A stretch of 64,000 nt of DNA from assembly GCF_009914755.1 (NCBI RefSeq), contig NC_060927.1, one strand, 5' to 3'. Positions 41,634 to 56,556 of the stretch are shown here, in pieces (position 1 is the stretch's first letter; the number at the start of each line of letters is the position of its first letter). Made by a program: the position numbers and the translations under genes. This DNA comes from the human T2T-CHM13v2.0 reference genome, Homo sapiens. Below the pieces are notes generated by a model. It saw only the letters and a program-made list of their open reading frames with translations. It did not search any database and had not been told where the DNA came from.

Positions 41634-44600
41634 CTGGAAATGTTAATCTTTAATTCTTCCATATGGATGGACATCTGTCTAAGTTGATCCTTTAGAACAC
41701 TGCAATTATCTTCTTTGAGTCTAATTTCTTCTTCTTTGCTTTGAATCGCATCACTAAACTTCCTCTCCCATTTCTTAGCTTCATCTATCACCCTGTCACG
41801 ATCATCCTGGAGGGAAGACATGCTCTTAGTAAAGGCTGCAAGCTGGGTCACAGTACTGTCCAAGTTTTCCTGAAGTTGCTGAACTTCCTTGTCTTTCTTG
41901 TTCAAAGTAACCTGAATCTCTCCAATTGTCTCTTCCAAGTGGACTTTTTCTCTGCGCAAAGCATCCAGTTTCTCTTGCATATTCTTCTTCTCTTTCAGGT
42001 GCTTCTCTTCTGCCTGTTCCAGTCTTCGCTCAAGATCTTCATCCTTTTGTTTCATCTGGCTTTTAACTGATTCTTTATTTGACTGAAGTTCCTTTTTCAA
42101 CTTGAGATTGTCTGCTAGGACCCTTGCTGCTTCACTTTGAGTGTCATCTAGCAGGACTTTGAAGCTAGCTAATTCTGCTTGTGCCTTTTTGCGGTGTTCA
42201 ACTGCTTGAGCCAGATTTTCTTTGGTTATTTCCAAATCTTTTTGAGATTCAGTTTGAACAAATTCTAGAGCTTTAACAGTTCTCTCCAGAGCACTAATTT
42301 TCTCTTGATACCTGATGCAGTCCTTCTGTAGCTGCTTTACTTCTTGTTGTTTTTCTTTTAACAGTTCCTGAAGTTCCTTTGCATGGCTTTTATTTCCGGG
42401 TTCTTTCTGAGCACCTTGTATTTTCTCCAAATATTCCTTTCGTATTTCTGATTCCACCTTAGTTTTTTCCTTGACTAACTGCTGCTTTTCTTCTTCCAAT
42501 TCACTCACACACTTTTTAAGGTTCTTCATTTCAGATTCCAATAGCTCATTTTTTATTTGGGCATCTGTAACATCCTGACAGTAATTCCCAATGCTTCCAT
42601 TAAGTTCTGCTAATTGATTCATAAGCCTCTCTTCCAAATCATCTTTCTCTTCTTCTGCTGTCTCCTTTAGTTTGGTAACTCTGGAGAGTTCTTCTTGGAT
42701 TTGCTGATTTAACAGGTTCATTTTGGTTACTTCCTCCTGAAGCATTTTTAGTTCACCATCCTTTGTTGATATCTGACTCAGTAAGGTATTTTTCTCATTT
42801 TCTAAAGTCTGGCTAAATTCCTTGTTTTTCTGCTTCTCCTCCTCTAATCCAGCAATTCTTTCTTTGAGCTGATCAATCTGCTGTAGGTAGTTATTAATTT
42901 CATCATGTGAGCTGAAATCCTTACTTACAGCAGGGTTGGCACTCTTCGCTGATGGAACCGATTCTGAACATGTAGGTCTTGTGCTCATACTCAGAGAGTC
43001 TTGCTCTTCAGTCTCACCTGGTATAGACTGTGTTCCCTCTTCAGTGACATTCGTTTGGTTATCATGTTTCTCGGTGGCCTCTAGGTTAGCTTGTTTAGAT
43101 ACATTACCTTCTATCTGATGCTTTAAATCTTGAACCTCTTCACTTAGAGAGTCTTTCTCAGACATTAAAGACTGAAACTTCTTAGAAAGGGTTTCATACT
43201 CCATTTTGACCCTTTCAAGTTCTTCCTTCATGCTGGCATTGGAAGAAAGAAGTGTTTCCATACACTCTTTAGCTGTATCTCCTGCAGGGTGCACCTCTGC
43301 CCTAAGCCGGTCATTCTCTTCTTCCAGCTCTAGGATTTTCTGCTGTTTAGATTTAGCAAACTTTCTCATCTTTTCTTTCATTTCCTCCATTTCTTGCTCA
43401 GCTTCCTGCAACTGCTTTTCTGTCTCCTTCTTGTTTGCCTCTGTGCTTCTTAACTTGCCATACAGTTCTTGTTTCTCTTGCCTCACAGCTTCCACCACAT
43501 GCTGAATCCTTTCTGCTTCATTACTAACATTCTCATAGGACTGCAGAAGAATTTCATACTCTTTTTGTAGCTCCTTGTGTTTCTCTTGCCACTCAGTACT
43601 TTCTGCAATCTTAGAAGATTTCAAAGATTCAATTTCCTTCACTAACTTTTCCTTGTCTTCAGTAAGACCCTCTAGAGCTAGTTTTAGACTTTCACAGGAG
43701 CTGCTGAGACTCTGATTTTCCAATAAAGACCTGTCCATTTCTGTAATGAGTTTGTCTCTTTCTTCTTGAAGAAGAGCTAACCTTCCTAAGACCGTATCTT
43801 TTTCTTTATTTTGAGCAGAAACTTGGCTTTCCACATCTGCCAGAGACTTGGTGAGACGTTCAATGGTACCTCTGGCCAAAGACAATTCCTCTTGGAGACT
43901 TTTGTTTTCTTTTAGTGCTTCTTTTCGGGAAATAAGGGCAGCTTGCAGTTTCCTTTGTATTTGTTGCTTTGCTCTACTTTCTTCTCCAATCTCTTCTGGT
44001 TTTTGCTTCATTTCACAAAGTTCCACCTGTAGCTGCTTTATCCTCTCATCATGCTCTTTGGCTTGCATTTCTAGCTGTGTATGCAGAGCCTTAATTAAAT
44101 CTTCTTGTTCTATTATCTCTGTCTGTATTTTAGTGAGAGCTGCTTCTTTCTCACTAAGTTGTCCAGAAAGGTAGCTAACGTCTTCTTCCTTTTTGCTTAT
44201 GAGTTTTTGCAGTTCATCCAGTTTAGGTTGCAATTCTCTTAGATGTTCTAGGCCAGCAATTTGTAGTTGGCTGCTTTCCAATTTCTGCTGCAGGCTTTCG
44301 GCATGGACTTCAGCTTCATGGGATACTGTCTTTAGACTCTCGATTTCTAAACCCTGTTTATTTATCTGCTCTTGTAACTGAAATACCTCTTCTGATTTTT
44401 TAGTAAGCTCACTTGTTGTAGAACTAACTTTCAATTCTAACTCTACTTTCTCAGCCTCTATTTCCTTCAGCTGGGCCTTAATCTGGGCAACAGAAGTTCC
44501 GCCCTGCAGAGCACTCGCATCTTCAGAATGAGAAGGCCAGTCTGGGCACAAGTTGGACTCTAAAACAGGTTGAGTGTGATGCTGTTCTGTGGCTTTGAAT

Positions 44601-46822
44601 AAAGGTTCTTCTAAACCTGGAGTGGAAGAACACGATTCCTGCTGGTCTGTGCTTGAGAGTTTTCCGTCTATGGATTCCCTTACTTGAATCTGGAGTTGCC
44701 TTAGCTGGTCTCCAATATTCTCATTTTCCTTGCTTTGCTCATCAAACTGTTCTTGCAAGCGATTATAGTCATCTTTCTGTTGCTTTAGCTCCTCCCTGAG
44801 ATGTCTTTCTTTCTCCTGTGCCTTTTTAAGAATTGCCTTGCGGGAGGTTAAGGCTTCCTGTAGCTTCTTTTGAAGTTGCTCCTTTTCTTTTTCAAGGGCC
44901 AGTATCTTTTCTTCTAGTTCTGGTTTCCAGTGTTCACTACTACCTGTACAAGGTGGACTTATCACCACTGTTTCCTTTACAAGTGCTACGGAGTCCCCAT
45001 CACTTGCATCCGTGTTACTTGTGATTAACTTCTGGATAATTGCTTGGTTTTCACTGATTTCTGCTTGGAGCAAATCTATTTGGTTTGTTTTATCTTGCAA
45101 GGTCTGATTCATCTGTTTGACCAGAGCCTGGAATTGCTCTTCAGCTGCCAGCTTTTCTTCCAAATCCTTCCTTATATGCTGTAGTTCCACTTCTTTCTCA
45201 GATATTGTCTGTTTTAAATAAATTTCTATTTCTTGGCACTTAGAAGTCACACATTTTTCTGAGTATTCTTTGTTTTCTTTATCTTCTTCCACTTCTCCCC
45301 TCTCAGTCTCACTGAGTGGGATTTCTTTCTTAGATTCATCTTTCAAGTTGGCTAATTCTTCTTCCAATCTACTGACTCTTTGCAGAAGCTCCTTTCTGTT
45401 AATAAGAGCTGCCTGGAGCTTTCTCTTTCTCTGCTCATTTTCTTTCTTCAGAAGGTCAAATTCATGCTGAAGTTCTTCCTTACTTATTTGTCCTGCTGGG
45501 CTCATCTCATCATAATTTTGTTTAAGGCCAGAAGAAACTTCATTATCTTCTTCCACCTGCTCTTTTTTTGCTTCCTCAGCTCTGGATAATAAATTTAGCT
45601 GTTCTTTAAGAGTCTTAATTTCAACCCCAAGAGAAAACTTCTCTTCATTAAGCTGAACCATTTTCTCAGTCATACTAAAGCTGATTTCTGTCACTTGTTG
45701 ATCCTTCTCCTCGATGGTTTGTTGGAGGGTTTCCACATCTCTCTTTTTCTCTAGTAAGAGCTGATCCATTTTTGTTATTTCAAGTTCCTTCTGTGAAAGA
45801 GCCTGGGACAGTTCTTCCACTTTACTTGAGATATGCCTTACACGTTCTGCCCCCTCAAGCACTTCACTTTCCTTATTTTGCAGCTGGCTTTGCAGGCTTC
45901 TTATCAGGGTACTCTGCTCAGAAAACTGAAGCTGCACATCATCCAGTTCATTCTGTAAAACTTCAATTTTCACATCTTTAGATTTGGCTTCTATGCTGAG
46001 ACTATGGATCTGTTCAGTGAGCAGGTTGTCATGGGCAGTTTGGCTTTCATAATCAAGTCTTCTTTGCCTTTCTGCTTCTGCAAGGTTCATTTCCAGTTGC
46101 TTTACCTGAGCCCTCAATTCTGTTACCATGCTAAGTTCCTTCACCTGAGAGAGAAGCTGGTCTCTTTCTTCAGACAAAGCAGTGAATGCACTGCTGTTGT
46201 TGTCAGCATTTTTCTTAAACTCCTCAATCAACTGGTTTAGGTTGCTAATTTCCTTAGCTTTCTCATCTAAATTTTTCTCATAGATTTCTTGTGCTTTATG
46301 AAAGTTTAGCTCGAGCTCCAAAATTTGACTTTTTAACCTTTCCAACTCATCCTGATGACACTGACCAATATCTGGTACAGCAGAAAGGGATTTATCACCA
46401 TCCTGCTTTGTTGATTTCAATTCTACTCCAGCATCATTTAAAGATATTTCCTCAGATGTTCTACTTTGATGTTCAGTGCTCGCCTGTTCTTTTTCAACTG
46501 CTGGAAGACTGCTCTCTTCATTTGGCATTAAGGGAAAATCTTGCCCTGTATCTTCAAGAAATACTTTCATTTTAATTGGAGCTATTCCCTCACCCTCCAT
46601 CTGTTTCATTTCTTTCTGGTCAAGGACCTCATGATCTGCTTCCTCAGCCCTTTTTCCCTGGAGCTGTAATTTAAGAAATGCAATTTCCTCTTGAGCTTCT
46701 TTCATTTCCAACAATAAAACTGATAATTCTTTATGTTTCTGAGAAAATGTGTTTTCTAGAACATCTTGTCCACTTTCCTCAGCAGAAGAGCTCCTCTTGT
46801 TGGCAATATCAACAATGCTGAT
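41634..46822 (-). CDS. GOLGB1: GOLGB1 exon 13, 5,189-nt giant coiled-coil exon (ISIVDIANKR...LKINIS)
   Basis: aaatag acceptor after a poly-pyrimidine tract, gtaaat donor; contains the 1,694-aa ORF 41630-46714; 1,729 codons + 2 nt. Confidence 0.98.
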
Positions 46823-47704
46823 CTATTTTTAAAAAAGAAAAAAAAAGCTGTAATCAAATGTTTTATAACATTAAAAAAATAGCCCAACTAAAAACTTGTA
46901 TTTCATCTTCTAAAACTTCAGACTTTTTGGTCAAAACCTTCTTTGTACCATAACACTGCTAAATCCTTTTAAAATCAGTTTGTATCTCCCAGCTGGACCT
47001 CCAAGGGCACTCTGCCAATCCTGCACTGAAGTCAAGCCCTATTCATAAGACCTAAGGAAATCGGGAATTCATTTTCTAGATATTCCTTACATAAGAAGCT
47101 TTTTTTCCTTCAGAATAAAACTCCTAATTGATTTTTTTTAAAAAGTAAGCAGATACTTTTGTTAGGAAGCCACATTACTCCTCAAGGGCATGTATAATTC
47201 TATCACTGACTTACTGATTAGAAAAACACAGCTAACTAAACAAAACGCAGCTAACAATACTCTTAAATCAACAGAATGATACTAAGCAACCATACCCTTC
47301 TTATAGTAATTTTCAGATTATTAAAAGGATCATTCTCCAAAGATCCCTTTTTATTTAATCTTAGTAAAACTATGCCAGTCTTATCTAATCTCTTCACTGA
47401 GAAACTTTTCTGAGATGAACAAAGAAGTTGAGATAGATGATAACCCAGTATAAAAAAATGTGTTATCAAATCCCAAATTAGTAGCTACTGTATTTGTGTT
47501 GCTTTAGAACAATGAATTTTAATATTCAGAAACAAGTAACAATAAATGAGATATAATAACCATTATGAATCTCTTTAATAGATCTTACTCTATAGGTAAT
47601 GTACTTCTCTGGCAACACTAGAAAATTATGGACGTATTTTCATATGAAGCTACCTTCTCTTAATCTAGCTCATGTTCTGGTTATATTAAGAACACATCAC
47701 TTAC

Positions 47705-47778
47705 CTCACTGACTTCTCTGTCTGCCTCCCCAGTTCTATTCTGAGCCTCTAGGAGAGTAATCTGAGAAGACAGTTTTT
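47705..47778 (-). CDS. GOLGB1: GOLGB1 exon 12 (KLSSQITLLEAQNRTGEADREVSE)
   Basis: 74 nt, tttcag/gtaagt, phase 1 in and phase 0 out. Confidence 0.94.
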
Positions 47779-48444
47779 CTGAAAGTCACAAAATAAATAT
47801 CTTTAGAAGATATATGTGGAGTGTGTGAAAAAACAGGATTGCATGTGAAGCTATTTGAATTGTATGAAATAATTTTTTAAAAAATAAACAAAATAGCTTG
47901 GGAGAGGTGAAAGCCTTATTAAAGAAGTGGCAAGAGGATATGATTACATGAGATATAAGATAGAACAGTACTAGGTGATGATAATGAACCTGAATGAAGT
48001 ATACTAAATAGTGGAAGGTTTGAAAGGAGAAGGATGCCAGGATGCAGGACATAAAGCAGCTATTTCTGTGGCATAATCTGGAACTTCTAGGACAATACAT
48101 ATAATTTATCCATAATCCTACTATGTTTGTAATATATATTTTGCATTAATATAGCACTTACAATGTTCTTCAATGTTCATAAAGATATCAAATTTTAGCA
48201 CTAAAAGGGAGCTATCCTATCTCCTCAATGATCATATAAGGAAACAAAGAAATGACACAACCCGAAAGGTTACGCAGCTAGTTCAGGGAGCTGGGATTAG
48301 AATCCAAGTCTTCAGAGTTTTAACCCAAGTTCTGTGACAATGTGTATATATTGAGCATCAATATCAATATCCTCAAGAAGCTTATATTCTTTCTGAGAAG
48401 ATAACACAGATACACCAAAGGAAAAAAATATATATATTTTTTAC

Positions 48445-48905
48445 ACTGTATCCAAATGTCTTAATGTGACCTACAGGAACCCTCATGCTTTGACCCTACT
48501 AATTCTCCAACCTCCTCTTCTTGTATTGCCCCCTTTTTGTTCACTCTGCTCTAAAAACACTGGTCTGTTTTCTCTTCTGCAAACTTATCAAGTTCATTCA
48601 CACCTGAGAACATTTGTACTGCTTTTTTCTCTGCCTGGAATGCTCTCTGCTTAGCCTCTTTGCATGGCTGTCCCCTTTTCATCATTCAGGTTTAAAGTCC
48701 TCAGAAAGGCCTACTCTCACTACTCCAATTCTGCGTTCCTCTTCTCCAAGGCATACTTGAAATACTCTGTTTTATTTTAAGCCTAATACTTATCATTCTC
48801 TGAAATTTTCTTATGTGTATAAACAGGTTTGTAGTCTGTCTTCCCCTCCAATATGTTCATAGCTATATACCCAGCAACTGGAATAGTGCCTGGCACATAG
48901 GAAAG
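48445..48905 (+). mobile_element. L2 (L2a-like) 3' fragment
   Basis: ctctgcctggaatgctct and cccagcaactggaatagtgcctggcacatagg motifs. Confidence 0.7.
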
Positions 48906-49589
48906 CCACCATAGATGAGACAAGGGAATTCAAGACAGTATATATGTTCAGACATTTCACAAGATTACTTGAAAAAGGAGTACAGTGGTAGAAATGTCAG
49001 TGCAAAAGGTGAGTTGAAAACAACATGACATACAAGGTAAAAGTAATCTATGAGGCCAGACACAAAAACCAATACAGAAAACCTTAAGGTCAGTGATCCC
49101 TGCAGGAAAGAGCAAAGGAATGGAACCCATATAATACCTCCAAACCATGTGAAGCCACATGGATAGGATACAGACTGTTTGCAAAACTGCAAAATAAGCA
49201 TCATGGATAAGGTCTCAAAGAAGTGCTCTGAATGGGTTAAATAATGAGCTGAATTTGTGGTGTTCTTTACTTATTAGAAATAGTGGGAATCGTCTAATAC
49301 AAGTGCATAAGCTTCCATTTAGATCTAAGTGGAAAACTGTAAAATGGTTAAGTTAGAAATACTGGCTCTAGAGTTTAATAAAAGTTTTACAACCTTTACT
49401 TGCTATTCATTCTCACTCCTAGATGATAAAGTGTAGTAGTCAGTTAAAGATGAATTAGATCAATAAAGCATTAACGACACGCTACTAAATCCATAAAGTC
49501 TACATGAAGCATATGATAAGTGGAAGGAGACACGTCTTCATTCTCACTAACTGTTCACACACAATCCAATAGGATAAAATGCTAAGTTC

Positions 49590-49945
49590 AGTTCAATCCA
49601 ACAAAACTTTATTCAGTAGCCATTATTTGCCAGGTGGTATACTAGTTTTGGGTAAAGCAAAGATGGAAAAAAAAATGGCCCCTGCCCTTGAAGAGCTTAT
49701 ATTTAAACTTTGAAGAGCTTATAATATAGTAAAAAAGACAAACATATAAACAGATCATTTTAATACAATGTTAAAAGTATACAAGGATGTTATGGAAGCA
49801 CAAAAAAATCATTTAACCCAACTTTTGGGGATCAATACCAAATTCCTGAAAAAGATAATATGCTAGTCGAGGCCTGAAAGATGAGTAACAATCATCCAGA
49901 CTAAAGGAAAGGAGCAGGATTCTAAGCAGGGTACAGCACGAGCAT
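49590..49945 (-). mobile_element. L2 3' fragment
   Basis: tttattcagtagccattatttgccagg...tggcccctgcccttgaagagctta. Confidence 0.55.
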
Positions 49946-50373
49946 AAACCACTCACTCACAACATAGTTTCTACCTTTAAACCTTTATACTGATCTCTGT
50001 TACCTCATCCCACAAATTTATTACCAGAATGTCCTTTCTTTCTTCATTTTACCTATTTTAAAAATCATCTTATTAAGGTCCTGTTCAAGCCATACTTCCT
50101 ATAGGATACGATGACCATTCCAAAATGATTATGAGTTATAAAGAAATCCTGCAGCATGTATAGTCCATATTGCAAAATGTTATACTTATGTAAACACTGA
50201 TACTATGCTCTAATTGTTTAATGTATATTATCTTTGATAGTTACCAGCTCTATTATCTAAATCTTTATTATCACGGAATCAGAGAATTCTACATGTTATA
50301 CATAATTAGTGATAAAAGTAGAGGCACTTGTGGGATAAGAAGACAGAGAATTATGGTTTTCTTTTATACATAC

Positions 50374-50488
50374 CATTCTCAGCTTTCAGCTCCTCCAGCT
50401 CTATAGAACTAAGGAGCAAGGCTCCCTTTTCATTCTCTAGTTCTACCACTCTCTTCTGCAAAGAAGCAATATTCTCCTCAGTGACTGC
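50374..50488 (-). CDS. GOLGB1: GOLGB1 exon 11 (AVTEENIASLQKRV...KAEN)
   Basis: 115 nt, tttag/gtatgt, phase 0 in and phase 1 out. Confidence 0.95.
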
Positions 50489-52388
50489 CTAAATTGTAGA
50501 AAGACAACAAATTAATGATTCTCCAGCAGAAAATTCTCACACTAACGCCCAGATAGCCTCCAGCATTTTTGTCTTCTAGAAGTTCTCCAGCCATGAAAAT
50601 ACTTTAAAAATAACATCTACTTATCTGCCTAGGTAATCTTTGAAGAAAAGTGTTTTATCTAAAGATTTAGAAAAAGAAATAAAATATTTCACACAAATAT
50701 CAAGTTCATTGGCTTTTAAATTTAAGATTGAAGCCTGGATTACAAAGATAGAAATCCCAAGTCTATAGCATAAGAAAGAACATTTTCAGGTTCACAAACA
50801 AATAGTATTACAAGATTAGATTAATGTCACCAAGTAACATGGTCTCTCTCCTGAAGGAGAATGAACATGAAGAGAGGTTCCACAAAGAGGAATAGAGGCA
50901 AAGGAATATGTACCTCTTAAGAAAGGAAGAAGATTTATAAAATTGTTTTTTGTTTTCCAAGTATAATAAAAATTCCCTTGGCTTAATTTATACATCCAGA
51001 ATTTTTGGTTTTCCTAAGGATAGGCATATATCTAATTATGTCACATCTTTAGTTTTATGTCTTTGTATATATTTTTTATTCTCCATGGATATTATTCTAT
51101 AAAATTTTCATACAATTGTAGAATTTTTAAGCCATGAGGGTCTTTACAGCATATTTGACCCCGAAATCTTCATTCAATGTTTAAAATAAATAGCATGGGA
51201 TGAATTTAGGGTTTTTATGGCTTTTATCTTGAGGGAAGTTCCCAGTTTGCAGTATGCAGGGCAAGTAAAATTCCAATAGAATAGCCACAGATATTTCTGG
51301 CTTGAAGAATGAGAAGAGTTTGGGACAAACATAGCTGCCAGGATGTGAGGAGGGAGATCAGAGAGAAGAAAAAGAGTTAGGAAGGAGGAGCCCTGAATTC
51401 TGTGTATAAACTTAGCTGAAATTTCTGACTGAACAATGGCACAATGTATTTGTTGGACTGACTTAAAGCAGCCCAGCTAAGGCAAAAATAACTGAACTGA
51501 GTTTTGATGCCTCTCTATCATAGGCCAGAGTTTGGGGTTTGAGTCCAACTTACTGTCTGATAAAAAGTAATTGAAATTTTAGAAATAACAAAATAAAATC
51601 TTGAGAACAAAACACGACATCCAGAATTCAAAACAAAACCATTCACACATAAAGAAATAGGAAAGAGTGACCCATTCTCAAGGAAAAAAAATATAATCAA
51701 CAGATTCTAGCCATAAAATGATGCAGATTTTGTAAGTAGCAAACAAGAATTTTAATAAAGAAGCTATTATATCTATGCTTAGGACATAAATGAATATGCT
51801 CATAATGAATGAGAAGAAAGGAAATCTTAGTAAAACAAACAAAAAAAAATAATGAACCAGTTTGAAATTCCAGAACTAATAAACATAATATCTGAAATGA
51901 AAATTTCAATGTGATAGGCTTGACAGTAGAATATAGACGACAGAAGAAAGTCTTGGTGAATTGAGGATGATAAATCAACTGAAATTATCCAATCTGAAGA
52001 CAGAAGAATAAAAAAAATTGAAAAAAAAAATGAATACAACCTCAGGGACATGTGGGACAATATTAAAAGGTTCAATATACGTGTAATTGGAGTACCAGAA
52101 GAGACGAGGGACAGAATGGGAAGAAAAAATATTTTAAGAAATGGCCAAAAATTTCTCAAACATAACGTTATATACGTAAGAAACTCAACAAAAGCAAGCA
52201 AGAAAATGACAAAGAAAACTATAACTAAGTACTTCATAGACAAGGATAAAAGGAAAGTCTTAAAATTTCCATGGAAAAATGATACTTTACATACAGAGAA
52301 ACAATAATTCGAATGACTACTGACCAATTGTTAGGGAAAAAATATAGGCCAGAAGAGGGAAACACCTTCTTTAAAGTACTGAAAGAAA

Positions 52389-52690
<302 letters not shown>

Positions 52691-53917
52691 GTTCTGAAAG
52701 AAAAATTGTCAATCGAGAATTATAATATCCAGTAGCAAATATCATTCAAGAATAAAAGTAAAATAAAGACATTTTTAGATAAGAAAAAAACTAAGAAAAT
52801 TTTTTCACAGACAGACCTATACTATAATATTATAGGTTGTTGTAGAGGCTGAAGAAAACAGTATCAAATAGATATCTGATCATCAGAGAGGAAAGGGCAT
52901 TACAAATGGTAAATATGTGGATAAATGTTAAGGTCAATATTTTCCTCTTAATGTCTTTCAAATATATATAACCATTTTAAGCACAAATATTAAAATTGTG
53001 TGCTGAGGCTTATTACTTTTGTTAATATAATACATACAACAACTGTGGCATCAGGAATAGGGTGAGGGTATATGATTATGAAGATTCTACCTTTTAAGTG
53101 AAGTAGTACAGTATTAACTCAAGAAGACTGAAAAATTATGGATATATGTTATACTTCCTAGAATAACCACTTAAAAAATTTTTGTAAAAAGATACAGCTC
53201 AATACCCAATAGATGACTTTTGCTTCTGCTAAAGACTGAGTAACATGGAACAGATTTAACCTCCTACCTGAAACAATAACAACCAAAACCAGACAAAATA
53301 ATAAATAATCATTTTCAGAATACTGGATATCAAGCAACAAAGGATAATTATCTCTGAGAGAGGCAGAAAACAAAGTGATCCCTAAAACTGACCAAGCTTC
53401 ATGCCTTAAGAGAGTTTTCAGGCTGTGGTCCAAGAAGGGGGAACATAGGCTGAGCCTGGTAGACTCCCTAAGTTCATGAGACAGAGCTGACAGTCAAGAA
53501 AGAGCAAGATGGCTGCAGTTCGCAGAATAGAATACCAGATGGGAAAAAGTCACGTAAAGAGAAAACCCTGCAGATCTGCAAAGGGACTGAACAAGTGTTC
53601 AGTGAAGTACAGGGCAGGACATGAATGTGAGGAAAGCATCCAAGGCTATCTGAACTACCCCTACCTATCTGAAGAGATTAAAGAATAGCACTTGGTGCTC
53701 ACACAAAACCCGGAAGTGTCAGTTATATAGCCAAATGTGAAAAAACACTTCTCAGGGCATTGAGTAGAATACTCAGCAAGGTCTTGCCTCAGGAGTATCG
53801 AATGACTGAGCACTGATTCGAACCCTCCTAACAAATCAAAGCAGCAGGATCTGAAAGGACCAAGTTTTTTTCAAAGAATTTAACTGAGTCGCATAAAAAA
53901 AGCTCCAAAATATGTTA

Positions 53918-54058
<141 letters not shown>

Positions 54059-54349
54059 TTAATGAGTTTTGGAACAACTTCAAGTAATCTAATATAAATG
54101 TAATTGGAATTCCCAAAGAAGAGTAGGGAGTCAGAAAAATATATATATTTGACTAATTCACGGCAGAAAATCTTCCAAAACTATAAACACAGAGATTGAA
54201 AAAGCTCAATGAACCCCAATCACAAGAAACATGCTATGTCAAGGTACATTATAATTCAAGTGCTCAAAAACAGTGGTAAAATCCTAAAAGCAAGCAGGAA
54301 AAAAGAGAGAAGCATGACAGCAGATTTCTTATTAAAAACAAAATGCAAG

Positions 54350-54747
<398 letters not shown>

Positions 54748-54826
54748 TCAGCAAAAAATAATCTTTCAACAACAATGGTGAGATAAAGATGTCTTCAGAC
54801 AAAAAGTGTTATTAGAACCCATGACT

Positions 54827-55232
<406 letters not shown>

Positions 55233-55237
55233 TCAGA

Positions 55238-55555
<318 letters not shown>

Positions 55556-55603
55556 AAAGTCCTTCAGATAGAAGAAAAATGATACCAGATGGAAATATGA
55601 AGC

Positions 55604-55791
55604 CAGGGTTTGGCAAACTTTGGAGGCCTGCATAAATAAAGTTTTATTGGAACATAACCACAACCATTTGTTTACCTTGGCTCTATGTCTGTTCTCACTT
55701 TACAGTGGCAGAGTTGAGTACCTGCAACAAAGACTGTATGACCCACAAAGCCTAAAATATTTACTATACATAAAAGGATTGGCAATCTCTG
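55604..55791 (+). mobile_element. MER58A (hAT-Charlie)
   Basis: cagggtttggcaaact...ttggcaatctctg; internal aaataaagttttattggaaca. Confidence 0.78.
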
Positions 55792-56248
55792 ATCTACAAA
55801 CGAAGAATGAAAAGTACCAGAAATGGTAACTGCAATGGTAGTTAAGATTTATTTTCTTATTTTAATCTCCTTAAAACATAAACATAAATGCTTTATATGT
55901 ATTAGCCAAAAACTGTCCACAACCCAAATTATCCATCAATGAGTCAATGGTTACACAAATTGTGCTGTTTACAACATACTCAACAATACAATGGAATGAA
56001 TTATTACTAAACAAACATTAGGATGAATCTCAAATAAGTATGCTGAGTAAAATAAGCCAACAAAAGTGCATATACAACTTATATAAACTTTTTAAAAATC
56101 TATAATGACAGAAAGCAGATCAGTGGTTGTCTAGGTAGGGAAAGATGTGAGGGAAAAGATTAAAAGAGGACATGAAAAAACTTCTAGAGATGATGAATAT
56201 GTTCATTTTCTTGATAGTAGTGATGGTTTTATATGTCATCAAATTGTT

Positions 56249-56556
56249 CTGGGTGCTATGGCTTATACCTGTAATCCCAGCACTTCGGGAGACAAAGGCA
56301 GGAGGATCACTTGAGCCCAGGAGTTAGTTTGAGGCCAGCCTGGGCAACATAGTGAGACCTTGTCTCTACAAAAAAAAAAATTTGCCAGGCATGGTGGCAC
56401 ATGCCTGTGGTCCCAGCTATTCAGGAGGCTGAGGTGAGAGGATTGCTTGAGCCCAGGAAGTTAAGGCTATAGTGAGCTGTGATCATGTGACTGCACTCCA
56501 GCCTGGGTGAGAGAACAAGACCCTGTTTCAAAAAACAAATGAACAAACACACAAAA
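56249..56556 (+). mobile_element. AluJ-like
   Basis: ggaggatcacttgagcccaggag and J-type right arm. Confidence 0.9.
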
